Shown here: positions 1 to 13,321 of the stretch, piece after piece
Numbering within the stretch: the stretch's first letter is position 1
Layout of the letters: each line of letters begins with the position of its first letter
Assembly (NCBI GenBank): GCA_046563655.1
Contig: CM102288.1
Location: forward strand, 6,386,001-6,450,000
Direction of reading: 5' to 3'
Origin: Yuukianura sp. NJ FZ-2021
Lineage: Eukaryota
Length of the DNA stretch: 64,000 bases
Position numbers and translations under genes: made by a program
Notes under the pieces: model-generated
Databases searched by the model: none
Seen by the model: the letters and a program-made list of their open reading frames with translations, nothing else
Told to the model about the DNA's origin: nothing

Positions 1-277
1 AAGTCGGCGTCTGTCGCTAGTGCAACCAGAGCTCCCCTGTCTCCGTCCACTTTCAATGTAAAATGCCGCCAGCGTAGTCAGCCACCAGCTAAAACTTCAC
101 AAACCAAAACCAATTCGGTGAGAATTCACAACATCCAAAGTTCATTCGGCGTTGACCCTCCAAAATTTGACCTTTGACCTGACTAAAATCTTGTTTTTTT
201 TAGGTTCGTGGTTCGTCCATAACTCAACCAAAGACTTCCACTCCCAGAGGAGGCTTCCTTCGAAATCTAAAGTTTGA
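1..277 (+). CDS. Possible 3' end (last two exons) of a gene entering from the left edge; product unknown
   Basis: Open Ser/Pro/Thr-rich frame from base 1 to a GTGAG donor (~118), a pyrimidine tract plus TAG acceptor (~203), then a short frame ending TGA at ~277. No recognisable domain. Confidence 0.3.
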
Positions 278-795
278 ATGAAAAAGTTCCACTTTTTGAA
301 GCCAACAAATCATCATCCTGTCTGGTCACGCTTCAAAACTGCATCTGATGCATGTTCTCAATTAATCATCTCAATTAGTTAATTAATAATTTTACTTAAC
401 CATCACAGTTCCTCCTACTTTGTAAAGTTCCGAATCCATTTTGTTAAAGCAATGTCAATTTTTTAAGGAATGCCACTTTTGCACTTTGAATTTGAAACTT
501 CTTTGTTTCTTGTTTTTTAAAACTTCTTTGTAAAATTACTTCAACTTCCCATGTCTTCCAACTTTAATTTGAATTTAATCAGCTTACTTTTTATTTTGAA
601 TACAATTGATTTTCTTTCTCAAATTCCGAAACACACTCTCCTGCCCTCCGATTGGTGAACTTTCAATTCAGAATTCTGAAAATCAATGTTCAACTTTTAA
701 ACTTTTTTGGCAACTTTACATTTTTCTGAGAATGAGAAAGTAAATTGGAGGCTTACTTTTGAATATGCTGCCAATGGTGTTGATTTTTGAATTTG

Positions 796-2646
796 CTAAG
801 ATACTTGACTTAGATTCTCCAAAAGATTAGCATAGATCTGCACACCGTCCAGAAAAACTTTCTCATTAAGAAACTCGTCATGGTCGTGCAGAAGTACAGG
901 CGTGTTGATCATCGGTGAGAAACCGAGAGCGGGAATTCCGATCTGCCGAATATAACGAATGTCAGTCGCTGCAGGGAAGATCTTCGTCTTTGCTTTCAGT
1001 TTACTAAAACAATTTAACACAAAAAACAAAGTTAAAAACTAAAAAGTCGAACCTGGCGGAGGAAGTTGGCGTCAGTTCTGGCCGGAAAAATCTTTGTAAT
1101 GGCCCTCTTCCCTCTGTGCAATCACAACAACTTCAAAGGCGGCAAAATTCAAAATGAGAGGTCAAAGGTCAACTTACAGTTTGTCCAGAGTGGCTTTGAA
1201 CGTGGTCCACCATATATTATCGTCTGTGAGTGCAGTTGGAGTCGTTGCGTCTGCGTAGTTGCTCCGGACAGAGGTGTAGGTCACTCCTGGACCAGCTTCT
1301 TCACAAAACCTGTTGAATCTCTGCCGAAGTTCTGCGAGATCCCAGGTAGGACACACACGCATGTCAAACACAACGGACAGTTCTGGAGGGACGATGTTCG
1401 CTTGCAGTCCACCCTGCAAAATTTAACAAATGTTTTGAATTTCTAGAATTTTGAAGTTCGGAATTCAAATTTTAACATTTTGAAATTCAGAATTTTGAAA
1501 TTTTGGAACTGACACTTAGCATGGTCATGTTAACGGAAGTGACATCGCCGAGGTCGACATTTGGTCCAGAGTTGAACAGCGCTTTTTGCTCAGCCCGAAT
1601 CGCCAACATGCGATTGATGATGTGGTGGATCTTCTCGGCAGCGGTGTTGTCCGGCAGTAAACTGGCATGTCCAGTTGCTCCGACAGCAGTGAACCGAATT
1701 TCTGGGAATTTAAAATTTTGAAATTGGATTGAAAATTTGATCAAAATTTTTGAAAAATCAAAAATCTTGAAAACTGAAACACTTACGCCAGAGCGTTCTT
1801 TCTCCGTAGTAGACGAGGTAGTTGTCGTCTGGACTGGCAATTCCTTCGTCCAGACCAAATCCAACGTTGAGAGCAGCGAATTCCGGAGTTTTCACGAAAC
1901 AAGCCATTCCCTTCTCACCACCAACCTCCTCATCTACTCAAACAGCCAAACATTAAAGTTATGTACATGATGTAAATTTCATGTTTTATGTAACTATGTA
2001 TTATGTTTAAGTAAGTTGTGTGTTATGTTTTATGTAAGGCAGTTTTTATGTAATGTGTGACTGACCTGGGACGAATGAGACGTGGATGGTGCGGAGAGGC
2101 GAAAATCCTTTGGCCTTCAGAATTCGAATGGCCTCCAAGTACTGAACTCCGACACATTTCATGTCCTGCGATCCCCGGGCGAAGATGTTGCCGTCAGCAT
2201 CTTTCTCTGCTCCAAACGGATCGTGTTTCCACTTGCTCTGCAATTTACATCATGAAACGTTTTAAAAACGAAACGACAGAACTCTAGTTACATCAACTGA
2301 GTTTATGTTTACTTACAACATCCACGGGAACAACGTCGATGTGTGAGTTGAGGAGAATGGAAGGCAGAGCGGGATTGGAGCCTTGCCAGCTGAGCCACAG
2401 TGCAAATTCATTGGGTTTCGGGAAGTGAACGATGTTGTAGGTAAGACCGATTTCAACTGCTTGACCTTTGAGCCACTCGATACATCCAGCTAACACCAAA
2501 ATCAACAATTAGTAATCTCAATTAGTAAATGTTTGACCTTTGACATTTAATGTTAAGTGTATCAGTGACTTACAGTAGTCTGGATTGGGGTGCACTGATG
2601 GAAACCTCAGATACTCCCTGAATCTCGTCACTGCTGGAGCCTCCAT
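796..2646 (-). CDS. ACY1: Aminoacylase-1 (M20A zinc peptidase), multi-exon
   Basis: Exons read [90 protein letters not shown], and [44 protein letters not shown] introns link them. Confidence 0.95.
1061..1134 (-). ncRNA. Candidate intronic box C/D snoRNA in the last ACY1 intron
   Basis: Minus strand reads GAAGTTG-tt-GTGATTG (C-box-like) ... CTGA (D box)-cgc-CAACTTC, giving a 7-bp terminal stem. It is a GC-richer island in an AT-rich intron, ~70 nt upstream of the 3' splice site. No target identified. Confidence 0.3.
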
Positions 2647-3287
2647 TGTTAGTTTACAAAGTAAACAGGGTGATACAATGTAAAGTTATAATTTGTAACT
2701 TTACGTTTCTGATCAAAGTACTTCGTGTAACTCTGTAACGCAGCTCGGCTGGAACTGAAATGTTGACTAATTTGACTTGAACAGCCTCCAACCCTGACCA
2801 GAGCAGAGGTCAAGTGACCGTTATCAAAAAGCTGTCACTTCAAAATTCCAGATAAACTTTTTCATGGAAAAGAACATTTTCATCTTCTTAATCTTGTTTA
2901 CCCTCCACTTTTCTGCCGCTACAAAGTCACAATCTCTCTCAACTTCTTCACCACTCTTTTCAATTTAAAAATAGGCTTACAAGAAACACTAAAACACTAA
3001 TATGTGATAGCCGCTGACACTAGACGCTGAAACACTAGACAAGCATTCTAAATCCCTATTTCAGAACGATCGGACGTTAAGCCATAAAATTGAGTTGATC
3101 AATCTCCGCTTTTCATTAACAAATTTTTTTTCAGTTCTGGGTAGGATTTCTTTAGATGAAGCTAAACTTAATCTAACTTAACAGGCGTAATTGATTTGTT
3201 CTAAGATTATTTCCAGTGGTGCATTTAGTTAATAAATAGGAGCCATCACAAAGTGTGTTAGAAAGAGCGTGACCTTGCATGACCTTA

Positions 3288-6200
3288 TTATAATTTGGAG
3301 TAAGTTGGAGGAGAGACCCACTTCCGAACGAACTTGGCCAAGTAGATCGGCAGACAGGACAGCGTCGTGATCAGCAACACCTTCCAGATGAACGGAAACG
3401 AAAAAATAAAAGTAGCATCTGAAACAATTTCAAAAAAAATGTCAAACTCAAATTCCAAAACCACACAAATCGAAAGAAAAGTCTCATTTTTTTAATCTTA
3501 CCAAAAAACTGGTAGAAAAGAAATAGCGTGCCGACGTAGAAGAGCAACGAAATAAACTCCGCCACCAGCATCACTGTCAACATAACATTGGTAATTAGCT
3601 GATTTCGAATCAAGTAACTAATTAACTTGGACTAATCGATTAATCATAGCTTTTCCTTACATTTGTGCATGTTTCTGATGGTGAGTGCGACCATGATGAG
3701 TTCCGTGAGGATGAGTGACGTGAATGAGATGGACACGATATGAATGAACTCATCTTGGAACAGAATGAGACTCCCATACATGATGACAGAACCTTGAAAA
3801 ACGGAGATGAGGACCCAGAGGAAGAACGTTTTGTAGGTCAAAGATCGACCTTTGCCCAGCTCAGAGTAAAGTTCAGGCAGACGCATCAAGTCAGCCTCCT
3901 TCACGTCCTGGTCCAACACAAGCGCAAACACAGGAAACATCGTGTACACTGTAGCATATCTGCAAAAACACAAAAAAAAAGTCAAAAACTGAAAATTATT
4001 CTACTTTTTTTTTCCAATTTTTTTGAAAAACTGACCCAATCATGAGGAATCCTTGGTAGAGCGCCACGGAAGAAAAGTAGAAGATGGAGGAGAAGACTGC
4101 TTGCATCACAGTGATTATGAGACCGCGATGCATCACAAACTGTGCAAGAGACGCTGATCGCTTGTAGCAGTATCGTCCATGCACCAACTAAAAAAAAACA
4201 AATAAAAAAATACATTATTAGTTTTCACAAGGATGTTACAGACGCGTGCTAGGGCTTGGCCTCAGACTAACTCAATCGTCATACTTTCTGAATCATGATT
4301 TTTTTCCCCTAAAAGCACTACTGTAGAAAGTTGGAAGGTGTAGTAGGATGGTGTTTTAAAAAACAATATGTATTTTGGAGCTTTTTAAATTTCTATAAAA
4401 AAGGAAAATGTACTTTAGTGAATTTGTTAGCCTAATCCTGACTTTATCCAAAAGTCCTTCTGTAGAAAGTTAGAAGGTGTGATAGTGTTTTTAACAACCC
4501 AATCCCCAGCAAATTTCAAACTTTCATAAATGAGGAAAACCTGCCATAAGCAGGTGATTGTGTTATTTTTCAGCATTAGGAAAATATTTTAGAAAGTTTA
4601 AACCCACACAACACTGACAACTTTTAAGTTGAAAAATTTGAGAGAAAAACAAAACAAATGAATTTAGTAACTTTGGAATTCCGGATTTACCTTACGCGTA
4701 GTTTCTCATTAGTATAAAGGATTTAGTTAATTACATTTATCCTTAGATTTTGATTTAAATTCATCGTATCTTACCAAAAGAGGAGCGATGAAGCTGAACT
4801 GCGTGATGGAGAAATCTGCTGCCAAACTGGCTTGTCTTCCCTCTTTCCCTTCCAGCCCAATTCCAGCGTCAGCAGCCTGGATCATGGCAACATCATTCCC
4901 TCCGTCTCCAATCGCTGCTGTCCTCTTCCCCGTAACTTCCTGGACCAATGTGACCACTTGTGCTTTTTGGGTCGGAGAGCATCTACAAACTAAACAAAAA
5001 CAACATTAGTTAGTTAATCATCTTCAGATTAGGATAGTTTTAGATTAAGGTAATGTTGACTCACCTACTACTGCTGGACTGGCACAAGCCAACTCCATAA
5101 ACTCCTTTTGGTAAGATTCTAAACAAACTTCCAGCGATTCTCCCTTGATGATCAGTGGAGAGGAGTCTGCCCGTCGCTTATAAGCGTTGAGCTGCGCAAA
5201 GGCCCACGCTCTCTCAGTCAACTCAGACTCTGGTGGTTTTTCCTCAAACACAAAAACTTCCTGCTGCGAACTGACCAGTTTGGAACTCTTGGCAATGCAA
5301 ATGGCAGTCTCCAGCTTATCTCCAGTCAACATCCAGATCTTGATCCCAGCATTCCGCAGAGTCTCCAGAGTAAACTTCACATCTACACACAAAATTCTGT
5401 CATTTAAATCCATTTTCGTAGGAATTGGTGCGAAATCAATTGGGCCGAAAGAATTGGATCATAAGTTCGAAAACTAGTTGGAAAGTACCTTTCTGCAGAG
5501 TGTCTTCTACTCCAGTGACTCCAATGAGGTCCATATCTTTCTCCAGAGAGTTCATGACCTCCGTCATGAGATTGGCTCGATCTGTTTTGCTCGTTTTGGC
5601 GGCAGCATATCGTCGTTCAAATTCTGTGTAAGTTGCCAAATCCAGTTTCCTCTTGGCCACAACGAGAGTGCGCAGACCTTCTCTGGCCATGTTCCCAACT
5701 GCCTCCTCCAACCAATCATTGTAACGCACAACACTCTTCATCACCACATCTGCCCCCTTCAGGTAGAAAGTCAACTCCTCCCCCTCCTACGAAATGCAAT
5801 AATATAAAATATATAAAACAGTAAAACATAATATAAATAATATAATTTAAATAATATAGTATAAATAATTACCTTGACGATGATGCCCATTCGCTTGAGA
5901 TCCGACGTGAAGGGGAAGATGTGCAGAATTGAAACGTGGACAGTGAGACCGAGGTCAGTTGCATGGAGAGTCATGCTGGTCTGGTCTCTCCTTCGCAGCG
6001 ACAATCCAGCATCCATCGCCCACTTCACAAGAGCAATCTAAACAGTGAAATATATTTCATATTTCATATTATATTATATTTATATTTTATATTATATTTT
6101 TTTAAGATTAAGTTACTTCGTCAGGACTGGAAGCCTGGTACATGACTGGCATTTCCACTCCGAATCCCATTTCTGGATCTTCTTCCATGGGATTTGGGCT

Positions 6201-8351
6201 GTCAGTGACCGGAGTGACATTGTGGCAGATTGCTAATGCTTTGATGGCTTCCGTGGCTCGAGTGACGTCGGTCGTGCGCTGAACAGCTTCCACCTTCGAC
6301 CCAACAAATCCTTCATTCAAGAGTGGACGAATGTCGATCGGAGAATCGTAGTTACTCGGACCAAGACACAGGCGACGGAAAACCATTTCTGGAAACAACA
6401 AAAGATGAGCATAAGTGAAGAAGTGAACTAATCGATTAATTGATGAAACTGTTTAGATTTTTACCGTTTTGTGTCAAAGTGCCGGTTTTATCTGTGAGGA
6501 GGTAGGAGATGCGTCCAAGGTCTTCGGGAATCGTGGTGCTCCGGACGACAGTTCCTTTCAGTTTCTCGTCATTCTGGATACTCCAGGAGTAAAACATCTT
6601 GGCCATATCCATGTTCACTCGGAGACTAAAACACACAATTAACTAAGCTAAGTTAACTAATTAACTAGTTAAGATTAATTAGTTATAGTTCCTTACCTGA
6701 TGGGGATGATGTATGAGAAGAGTAGGACGAATCTGAACATGTACCGAATCCAGGGTCCTTCGAACCCCTTCAAGCACATCATCAGAAAAGCCAACCCCAC
6801 CACAGCCACGAACAAAATCTAAAAAACACAAAAACAGAATGAAAAAAAATGAAAAACACAAAAACAAAAACAAAAACAAAGAGAAAGGTGGCAACAGTGC
6901 ATTTTCGGTCACTTCTGCGACAGAAATATGTTGAAATGAACCTTGGTGAGGTCGTTGATCTCGAGGTCAGTGAGGCCCACTTTGCTCCTTGGCATGGAGT
7001 TGTTCATGACACTTCTGGTCTCCCTTCCAGTGTAAACCACCACTCCAACTCCATTTCCAGCAGAAATGACACAATTGGCCCACAGAGTATTCTCCAGAGA
7101 AATTCCAGTCTCCTCGTGTACTGGGCGACCATGTTCATCATGACCCTCCTAAACAACAAATTGGAAAAAGTCAGCCTTAACATACTCAACTCATCAAATT
7201 CAACTTGCATTAATTTTTTCAGAACAACACAATATGATTTTGTAGTTGTGAGTAAAAATTAAAATTTTAGTTACCTTGCTGAGAGTTCCGATGAATGAGT
7301 GAATGTCCTTCTGTGGCTTCTCTGCGTAGATGGACACGTCTTGACGAAGAAGGTCTCTGTCGTTCTCAACATCCTGCAGCAATGGCAATCGCAACCTGAA
7401 AACATCATCAGTAGCAACATTTATACTTCCAAATGTTGGTCCAGCATCCAAAAGTATAAGTTGACTTACTTCCAGTCAGTCTCTCCGTCCAGCTGATCGG
7501 TTCGAATGAAGCATCGTCCATTCCTGTCACTGGAGCGAAGGAGAATCATGTCGGCGGGAACTCTCTGGTCTTTTTCAACGATAATCAAATCTCCCACCTA
7601 ACAAAATCAGAATTCTTACTTACCAGTACCACTGACAGTGTAAGATGGAATTGCAGATTTAGTTAGTTAAACGCACCTTGATTGCTGAAGACGGAATGTA
7701 ACACGGCTGAGAAGAAGTGATTCTCTGATACTTTTGACAGTTGATCTCCTTGTCTCTTTGCCTTCGACGAAAATCATCAACCGCCTCACGAATCAACGTC
7801 ACCAACAGCACAAACATCAGAGGACTATAAACACAAAATAAGCTGATTACAACTTTTCGAATGAACACAACAGCTTAGGGTAGACCAATTTTTCCTGACG
7901 TGACCTGACTTAGTGAAGTGAATTGTGAAATTGCTTACCCCCAGTAGGTGTACCAATAACCGATTTGAACGTCCTTGAAAAACTGACTTGTAGCCATGAC
8001 CAGGAAATACAGATTCAGGAAAAACTTGAACTGTTGATACAAAACCTAGAACGAAATTGAAAAAATCATGTTAACATTCACTCTTAATTTGAATAGTGAG
8101 CAAAAGTACACATTTTAGCCTTAACGTACAAGTGGGACGAAGGTGATGATGTTGTACTTTTGGTTCAGAATGACATTGGGTGCGAACTGTGTGCTCGGAG
8201 GGTGACCGAGTCGGAATTCCCTTGGCCTCAGTTCTCTCTCTCCACGAAACACTCTTCTGAACCATCCTCCGAATCCTTTGCTTTTACGTCGCCTCGCTCC
8301 TGCAGAAGGACCTGGAGAATCCACTTCCGTTACACTGCTAGGCTCAGCCAT
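3288..8351 (-). CDS. ATP9B: P4-ATPase phospholipid flippase, ATP9A/ATP9B (NEO1) class, multi-exon
   Basis: Motifs [102 protein letters not shown]-terminal SPPTYSKL*. Start uncertain: MAEPSS at 8351, with possible upstream exons at 8435-8680. Confidence 0.93.
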
Positions 8352-9018
8352 CCTTCGACGCAGCCCGCCCTGCAAATCAACAAAGTAGAGAAATCGATTT
8401 GAAATCCAACTTTTCATTGACGTTTAATTTGTTACCGGGTTAAGGAGGTGTGTGAGTTCACCACGAGGAGGACAACGACAGGCTGGGTTGGAAGTGGACT
8501 GTCTGTGGTCAGTAGCCTCCCAAACCTAGTTAAAATTCATCAAAGCATTAGGTCAACGAATCAGCTGTTTGATGTTTAGATCGTGACTTTAGATAGAACG
8601 AAATAGTGAGAAATTAAAAATTAGTCATACTGTCTATGTCAGGTACAGTCGGCCTCGGCAGTAAGCGTAGACACAAGCATTGAGTTAATTGACAAACAGT
8701 AACTTTATGAACGATTTAATTAATTGAATTTCTCAAAAGAAAAGAGGAAAACAAACACCCATCAGCAGCAGGTGACTCAGTGGTCAGCTGAAACTTGCAC
8801 TAATCCACGGTAACGTCTGACAAGGCGGCTCCCGGTAGAATTGTTACGATAATTGCGAAATGCGATATAATACGCACAGATTCTTAAAGTCAATGCGAAA
8901 AATGGCGTAATGTGTTTGAACTTGCTTACTTTTTCCGCCAATCAACTTTACTTTTAACATTTTTAAAAACCTTTCGTTTGATTGACTTTGAGCACTAAAA
9001 GTAAAAAAGGTATAATTC

Positions 9019-9612
9019 CACTATCGTGGGCAAGCACCGATTTTTTTCAAACTTTTTTGTAAGCACTCTATGGACCCCTGATCACGAAAACACAATTTTT
9101 TTTGAGGGGTCTCAAAAAATAATATTTTTCAAAATTTTGAAAAAAAAATCGAAATTTTTTTTGGCTCTGATTTGGCTGAAAATTTGTTTTCCTACTGATT
9201 CAAGTATGCTAAACACGAATCTGAAAGAATTTTTGTTCTAAAAAGTAATACAAAAAAGTTACGAATTTTTTAAACGGTGTAAGGTTTGGTTAGATTCGCA
9301 ATAGTGATTACTAATTTTAGTTCCAAGTTTTATGGCATCTTTGATGCCCTTACGCAAACCTAATTCCATAACTTTTTTGTCTTACCTTTTAAACAAAAAC
9401 TTCTTTCATATTCGTATTTAGCACCCTTGAATTAGTCTAAAAACCAAGGTTGATCCAAATCGGACACACAAAAAAATTTCGATCTTTTTCTTCAAAATTT
9501 TGAAAAATATTTTTTTTAGACCCCTCAAAAAAAATTGTGTTTTCGTGATCAGGGGTCCATAGAGTGTTTACAGAAAAAACTTGAAACAAATCGGTGCTTG
9601 CCCACGATAGTG
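9019..9612. mobile_element. Non-autonomous palindromic DNA element (MITE/foldback) with CAC...GTG termini
   Basis: CACTATCGTGGGCAAGCACCGA...ACTCTATGGACCCCTGATCACGAAAAC at 9019 is mirrored by its reverse complement ending ...TCGGTGCTTGCCCACGATAGTG at 9612. Arms pair over ~250 bp. No clean TSD. Confidence 0.8.
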
Positions 9613-12600
9613 AAATTTTTCCGTAAAATATTGACTTAGACGTTAATTGACTTTTCGCATAAAAAGTTAAAAATATTACGTTAATCGACATTGAGCGCAA
9701 CTGTTGTAAACCAAAACGGCACAGCACTAAACCAAAACTTTGCCTATTGCCGGTGCAATTCGACTTAAATCTTTATCCAGTTGCTGGGTTTAATATTGGG
9801 ATCATTTCTGTAAACTTTCATCCCCATGTACACGACAGGTCATGGGTAACTGCGGGTCGAATGTCACCATGCTATCCTATAACCACCCCATGCAAATAAC
9901 ATATCGTTGAAAGGATATCCTCTTCAATCCCTGATTCAGAAAATGTATATTTTGCTTTGTACGGTGTAACCCAAAGAAGTTGTGATTAATTCCGGAATTG
10001 AAACTTCCATTGCTACATGTCTCTAAGGATTGCAGCGATTAAATATTTACTTATTATAATATTTATTAATAACTGGTTAAAAACTTCACTCAAATCGCAC
10101 CGGCAAAGATTTACGGGGTTTTGTGCCAGCTCCTCTTGCAAGTTCATGTTCAGCAAAGGAGATAACCGGATATGCCCGGTGTTTTCGGCCGCGGACAGAC
10201 TTTGCTCTTACAAATAAAATGTACTGCTGAAGTTGTGTAACGGCGGCTTAATATGAAAACTGACCTGTTTGCTTGGAATTGCTCCATCCCCTGCCTCTCC
10301 ACCTGTTGTTGTGCGAGACATGAGATGACTTCAGAACTGACTTAAAAACTAGTCACTCATCATGAAACACCATAAATAAATCTCCGAAATGAATCCGAAA
10401 ACCTGATCTAGAATTAAAAATTTCTGTGTCAACCTTATGAATACAGTTGGAATGAATGCCGTGTGTGACTAGTAATGGTAAACGGTAACTGCGGACAGGG
10501 AGTACTTTGTTTCTTTGTGGTTTGAGGTTTCCTACACTTCCAAAGTGAAGCTTCCGCCCGAAGGAAGGAGCTGCGGACGTGATGATGACGAGAGATGCAA
10601 TACCCAGTCAACTATGCAGATCAACAAAAGATTTTGCAAGTAAAACAAATTCTTCAAAGTAGATGTTTGTAATAAGATCTTGTCCTTTTTGTTCCAAAGG
10701 CCACAAAACTCGAAAACTTTAACCTAACGTCCACACCAAAACGTTCCAGATATGAGGCATGACAGACGAGGATGTACCGATCCTCCACTGCGCTCAAATA
10801 AATGAACAAACCGACAACCGATGAGACAACGATTTAACGGCCAAGCTTCTAATCTAACAAAAGCCCATCCGGGGCGAAAGAATGGACCCTAAGGGCCTAA
10901 AAACTAAAGGTACCGAGGGAAAAAAACAGGGCAAGCCAGTACATGGCCTATAATCATTGTCTGGTCATTGCGACTTTTTAGAGGTAATTTTTTTTCGATT
11001 TCTCTCAAAAATGTACTTGACCTTGACCGTTGACACGGAAGTTGTCCAGTTCCGGTCAAACCGGAAACCAATTAATCATCTGCACACCATGTGCAATTTA
11101 TCTGTGAAGACAGACTGAAAATCGGTCCAGTGGTTCCAGGGGTAGCCTGACCACCAGACAGGCAGACAGATCCTGGTAAAAACATAAAGTAGCTCATACT
11201 TCCGCTACTTAATACACACCCATATATTTCTTGCTCCAGTTGAATAGTATCGTAGGCAACTCGCAACGGATAATTCCATAGAGGAGTTGCGGATAATTTT
11301 CCAAATGTGGGAATTTCGTCGAGCCTTGATAAAAATGAAAAAGTTTAAAGTGAACGATTCAATAGCTTTTGATTTTTAAATAACACAACGATAGCGTTAT
11401 CTCAAAATAAAAACGTTAAATTTCTCAAATTTGACGCGGTTTTCAATGCAACGAAAACTGCCGCTTAAAAAATTTTCTGCAAATTTATTTTTGGAAATTT
11501 ATTAATATAATGAACCACGACAAGATTGCTATAGCGACCATTTATACTAAAATGGTGTAAGAAATGGCGTAAAAATATAAGAAGAAATAAACAAAATTTT
11601 GAATTAAACAAGCTTGGAACCACGAAATTTACCAAACTAGTCAAACATTTTCAGAAACTGACAAATATGGATGTTAATAATTGACTACCGTTTCACTGCT
11701 ATTTCAAACATAAGCAACTGTTCTGCATCCTATACACACGTTTCGGACTAAAACTGAGTTTGAATACCATATTCGTATTTCTCATATTTTGAATTGTTTA
11801 AGCTTTTTGTGTTTAATTCAAACCCCGTGAACATAGTTCAGCCCCATTTTTTCCATTTGATATCTATTGGCGAATTCTCGAAAAAGTTGATTTCCGGTAA
11901 TACTGATGGTATCGAATGAACGTTGGTTTTAGTCCTACAGGTTACGAGGTTTTCAAGATTATTTGATGAGGTTTCCTAAATCCCACGAGTATTGAACAAA
12001 CTACTTCTCCTAAAAGCCGTGCTTATAGCTGAAGGTTTATTGTAGTATTATGTGATGTGTGCTCATCATTCATAATACTAAATTTCACATTAACTTATTT
12101 GTGCTAAAAATTTATTTAAATTTAGGTGTAACCTATAGGTACACCTAACGCTGTAAATATTAAACAACTCTCTCCTCCTTCTTATCACTTTCAATTGAAG
12201 TTACCGTAAAGTTAACATTTTGGAAGGGACAGATGTTTCCATTAGTAGATAAATTTTTTTTACTTCTTGTTGGTATTGTTATTTCCTGCTTGTGGTTAGA
12301 CATTTCCTTTTGTTTTGTCCGGTTTTCGCAGAAACACAAGTACTTAATAATCAGTGTGATTGGTAAAAGGCGATGACCAACTTTAACAAGAACTCTTACG
12401 GTACAGGGTGAGCAGCCTAATTTCGGTCCTCCAATTACCGCTTGTTTTTAATTTATAGCATCTACTGTATTGTGTTTTATTGTAAATCGTACGAGAATTA
12501 CTTTTGATTAGATCTCTATACATTTTTACTGATAGATCTCGAAAATTGGGAATGGTTTATTAGCTGTAAAAAAATATAATTTCTCATGCTTTGCTGAACA

Positions 12601-12613
12601 TTCAAAAAATAAG

Positions 12614-12642
12614 TATATAAGCACTGCACGTCGAGTTCAGTT
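12614..12642 (+). promoter_or_regulatory. TATA box + arthropod Inr, probable core promoter of the terpene synthase
   Basis: TATATAA at 12614 and TCAGTT at 12637. The same arrangement is conserved in the duplicate at 26605/26629, upstream of the terpene synthase pseudogene. Confidence 0.6.
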
Positions 12643-12743
12643 ATTAACTTATTCACACCGCACAGTGTCGTAGGATACAGTCAAAGTAGAAATTTTTTCT
12701 ATGCCCATTTTCTTTTTTTTTTATTTAAATATAAACGATTAGA

Positions 12744-13211
12744 AATGAACCAAATTGCTCCTAAACCCGAATTGGACAGAAACTTTCCACAAAACCGAAA
12801 ACTCGGAATTTCGGAATTTTCAAAGTTTTTGGGCATTATGGTAGGTTTTCTATGATTTTTTTTTTAACTTCAAACGGATATTTTTCAAAATCTGAGTTAG
12901 TGTGGATTTTTAACTTTTCTCCTCAACTCTCAATTTCCATAGGCATATTCGAAACATTTATACGGGATTACTTAGAATATGCTTTTGAGGCATCATCTCA
13001 AATTTGGCTCCGACGTTCCAATAAGTCACTGTAGCTCCAATCAATTTTGTTACCGATTGCGGACATCGAACCGTCTTCCGCAGTGAAATGTTGCATCCAG
13101 TAGTTAATATCTGAGCAATAATTCAAGAACCATAAAAACTTCCAATTTCAGAGTTTCCGTTTTTTCAAAAACGTCCGCACAATTCGGTTTTTGGGATCAA
13201 TTTGGTTCATT
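12744..13211. mobile_element. Degenerate inverted-repeat element in the probable 5'-UTR intron of the terpene synthase
   Basis: AATGAACCAAATTGCTCCTAAACCCGAATTG at the left pairs with CAATTCGGTTTTTGGGATCAATTTGGTTCATT at the right. Confidence 0.55.
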
Positions 13212-13321
13212 ACAAAATTTAATTAAATATTCAAGCAATTTGTAATAAAATATTCATTCCGACTTTGAGTAGATTTCACGAAACTGTTCCACATCTATTT
13301 TATTTAGCTTTTGAAATAAAA

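Noticed and set aside
1066..8402. Numerous + strand ORFs over ACY1 and ATP9
   Set aside because: Antisense shadows of real coding exons.
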